DNA of 64,000 nt from NCBI RefSeq assembly GCF_964194025.1, contig NC_134470.1, positions 20,088,001 to 20,152,000 on the forward strand. Reading direction: 5' to 3'. This document shows, in pieces, positions 62,382 to 64,000 of the stretch. Origin of the DNA: Convolutriloba macropyga. Taxonomy: Eukaryota. Every line of letters begins with the position of its first letter. Within the stretch, counting starts at the first letter, position 1. Below the pieces are notes generated by a model, which was not told the DNA's origin, made no database searches, and saw only the letters and a list, made by a program, of their open reading frames with translations. The position numbers were made by a program, and so were the translations under genes.

Positions 62382-63737
62382 TCAAGTGGAAGTCAGGAGC
62401 TGGTTTTTGCTGATATCTCGGGCGCTGTTTATAAAAACTTGACTAAACTTTTCACCAATCAGATAGAGCTCTACTGCATCGGCCAGAGCTGTCCCAAACG
62501 AAAGCTTAAGTGTGACTGGCGCTCCTGTGAGTTCCGGAAAAAGTGTCAAAGATTTAGATGCCTCCTGTGACGATGTCAAGTCAAATGTTAACATGTAGTG
62601 ATCGTCAAAATCGTCAAGCTCAATGCCGTTCCCACCATTTTTGAAACCCAAAGCAGTTAAAGTGTTATGATAAAGACGAGAATTGCTGCGAGCGTCGACG
62701 GGCGTTCCCGCAATTGGCAATCCGTTGCCCCGACTGATTTCTATGCGCGTTAACCCAAATTTGATGTAATGGAAGGGATCAGTTGCTAAAGTTCCGCGGA
62801 ATCTTGCATTAGCTATCACGCACATTGTTAATCTCCTGATAGGTTCTGACCCAAAAATAGATTCTTTAACAAAACTGTTTTGACCCGACTGAATTATGTA
62901 GCTTTTGCAAAGACTTTCAATGTACGAATATCTTGCTGGCGCTTTCAAAAGTGAACGTTCAATGGAGAGCTTGACAGATTCTGTAAGCGTAACTTTCCTC
63001 ACAAAAATTGACGCTTTTTCAACGACCGCTGTGAACGATTTTTTGGCATCATCGCCCAAGCCGATGAGGCTAAACTCGTTGCTGGAGCGATAGAGCTTGA
63101 CCCGCATGCTAACATTTGGCAACAGTAATTTTTCGCACGTGAGAAAATCAACATAAAGTGCGCCATAAAAGTTGAGCTGATAGTCTGAAGCTAGAGTTTT
63201 CTCCAGTCGCTTTGCGTACCACTCTGTTGTTGTTCGTTTGTCGTCTGGATCGGGATTGTAGGTGTAGCCTTGACATGCAGCCCAAGTTTTTTTGCTGTCG
63301 CTGTTTGTCGTTAGCTCAGTCTCTATAAAAGCTCGATGATGATAAGTATTATTACTGTCTGATATCAAGCAGCCGTTCAGATAGACCTCAACCTGTGAAA
63401 ATAAACTATGTAGATTGTTGTTTGTGAAGAACACTGCCGTGCCGTCGGATGCCTTTACTTTGTTTCTTCCATCCGCATCATAAATGCTTGCGACCAAAGA
63501 CAGGTGAAAATAATTGAGGTCAATACAGTTCCTGTTGTCCCCACTAACGACAAAATCAAGAGTAGGTCCATTTGGTCCATACTGCGTGAAAACTTCTTGA
63601 TCGAAAGCACTTTCATAGTTTACGAGAACACTCGGTTTTTCGAAAAAATCCAGAGCCGTGTGAGTCACTGGGTTACCAATATCGGCTGCAAGACTTTTGA
63701 AAGACGCTCCTACTACTACTTCACTCGATGATACCAT
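62382..63737 (-). CDS. Double jelly-roll major capsid protein (Polinton PY / hexon-like), 451 aa
   Basis: Intact ORF with Polinton MCP patterns ALDFFEKP, GPTLDFVVSG..IDL and NNNLHSLFSQVEVYLNG.LIS....Y.HRAFIE. Size and position next to the protease fit. Confidence 0.9.
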   Translation of the reverse strand: MVSSSEVVVGASFKSLAADIGNPVTHTALDFFEKPSVLVNYESAFDQEVFTQYGPNGPTLDFVVSGDNRNCIDLNYFHLSLVASIYDADGRNKVKASDGTAVFFTNNNLHSLFSQVEVYLNGCLISDSNNTYHHRAFIETELTTNSDSKKTWAACQGYTYNPDPDDKRTTTEWYAKRLEKTLASDYQLNFYGALYVDFLTCEKLLLPNVSMRVKLYRSSNEFSLIGLGDDAKKSFTAVVEKASIFVRKVTLTESVKLSIERSLLKAPARYSYIESLCKSYIIQSGQNSFVKESIFGSEPIRRLTMCVIANARFRGTLATDPFHYIKFGLTRIEISRGNGLPIAGTPVDARSNSRLYHNTLTALGFKNGGNGIELDDFDDHYMLTFDLTSSQEASKSLTLFPELTGAPVTLKLSFGTALADAVELYLIGEKFSQVFINSARDISKNQLLTST

Positions 63738-63747
63738 CGTGTCTAGA

Positions 63748-64000
63748 TTAGGTAAATTTTAAATTTGCAAGGATATCCGCAGAGGAGGCCGAGAGGCGAC
63801 TGCTCTTTGTGGGTGATTTGGATGAAGTGGTTGCTTGTTGTTTTCGTTTTCTGTTGTTAATTTTTATCTTTTGTTGTTTGCCTGTAGCAACAACTTTTCC
63901 TCGCCCCCGGGCTTCCACCGTCGACGTTCCGCCAGCCCGCGCCAATCCGCCCGCGCCGTTCCGCCAGCCCGCGCCAATCCGCCCGCCCGCGCCGTTCCGC
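63748..64000 (-). CDS. 3' part of a basic Gly/Arg/Lys-rich putative core (DNA-condensing) protein; 5' end outside the window
   Basis: The frame is open to the window edge, ends in a basic tail (GRGK..KQQKIK..RKRK..ADIL) and stops 10 bp before the MCP ATG, where Polintons commonly carry a small basic gene. Confidence 0.55.
   Translation of the reverse strand, partial: RNGAGGRIGAGWRNGAGGLARAGGTSTVEARGRGKVVATGKQQKIKINNRKRKQQATTSSKSPTKSSRLSASSADILANLKFT
63926..64000. repeat. GC-rich 32/36-bp minisatellite
   Basis: gttccgccagcccgcgccaatccgcccgcgcc recurs at 63926, 63958 (36-bp variant) and 63994 (truncated by the window end). Confidence 0.85.

Larger units (their letters stand above)
44422..64000. 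mobile_element. Endogenous Polinton/Maverick (adintovirus-like) element, left part; continues beyond the window
   Basis: Contains pPolB, an adenain-like protease and a double jelly-roll MCP in typical clustered arrangement. The candidate left terminus is AGTAGTAAG at 44422, with predicted 6-bp TSD gctcag. Integrase, packaging ATPase, penton and right TIR are not in the window, so the left boundary is inferred. Confidence 0.92.

Overview
AT-rich, repeat-dense eukaryotic (probably invertebrate animal) DNA with a 200-N scaffold gap at 8702-8901. The first 44 kb is mostly host intergenic or intronic sequence. It holds many non-autonomous DNA transposons (MULE/foldback-like elements with 9-bp TSDs, small MITEs, two ~3-kb Helentron/DINE-1-type elements), a decayed CRE-clade non-LTR retrotransposon (~19.3-22.9 kb), a tRNA-derived SINE head, a TIS11/ZFP36-type tandem CCCH gene (29662-30345) and a few possible host exons. 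From 44422 to past the window end lies an endogenous Polinton/Maverick (adintovirus-like) element. It has an AGTAGT terminus, a PC4-like ORF, a protein-primed PolB (two frameshifts), an adenain-type protease, a double jelly-roll major capsid protein and the 3' end of a basic core-like gene. Three things stand out. First, an ~11.4-kb hierarchical tandem array sits directly upstream of PolB: a palindrome-rich 55-bp monomer plus four apparently identical ~475-bp cassettes, stop-free in all three plus frames over its last ~3.4 kb and possibly splitting a C2H2 finger. Second, a GT-AG intron splices an acidic tail with an LxCxE-like motif and an NLS onto PolB. Third, a tRNA-like Pol III unit lies ~50-140 bp from the element terminus. 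All family assignments come from motif recognition by eye; no database search was run.
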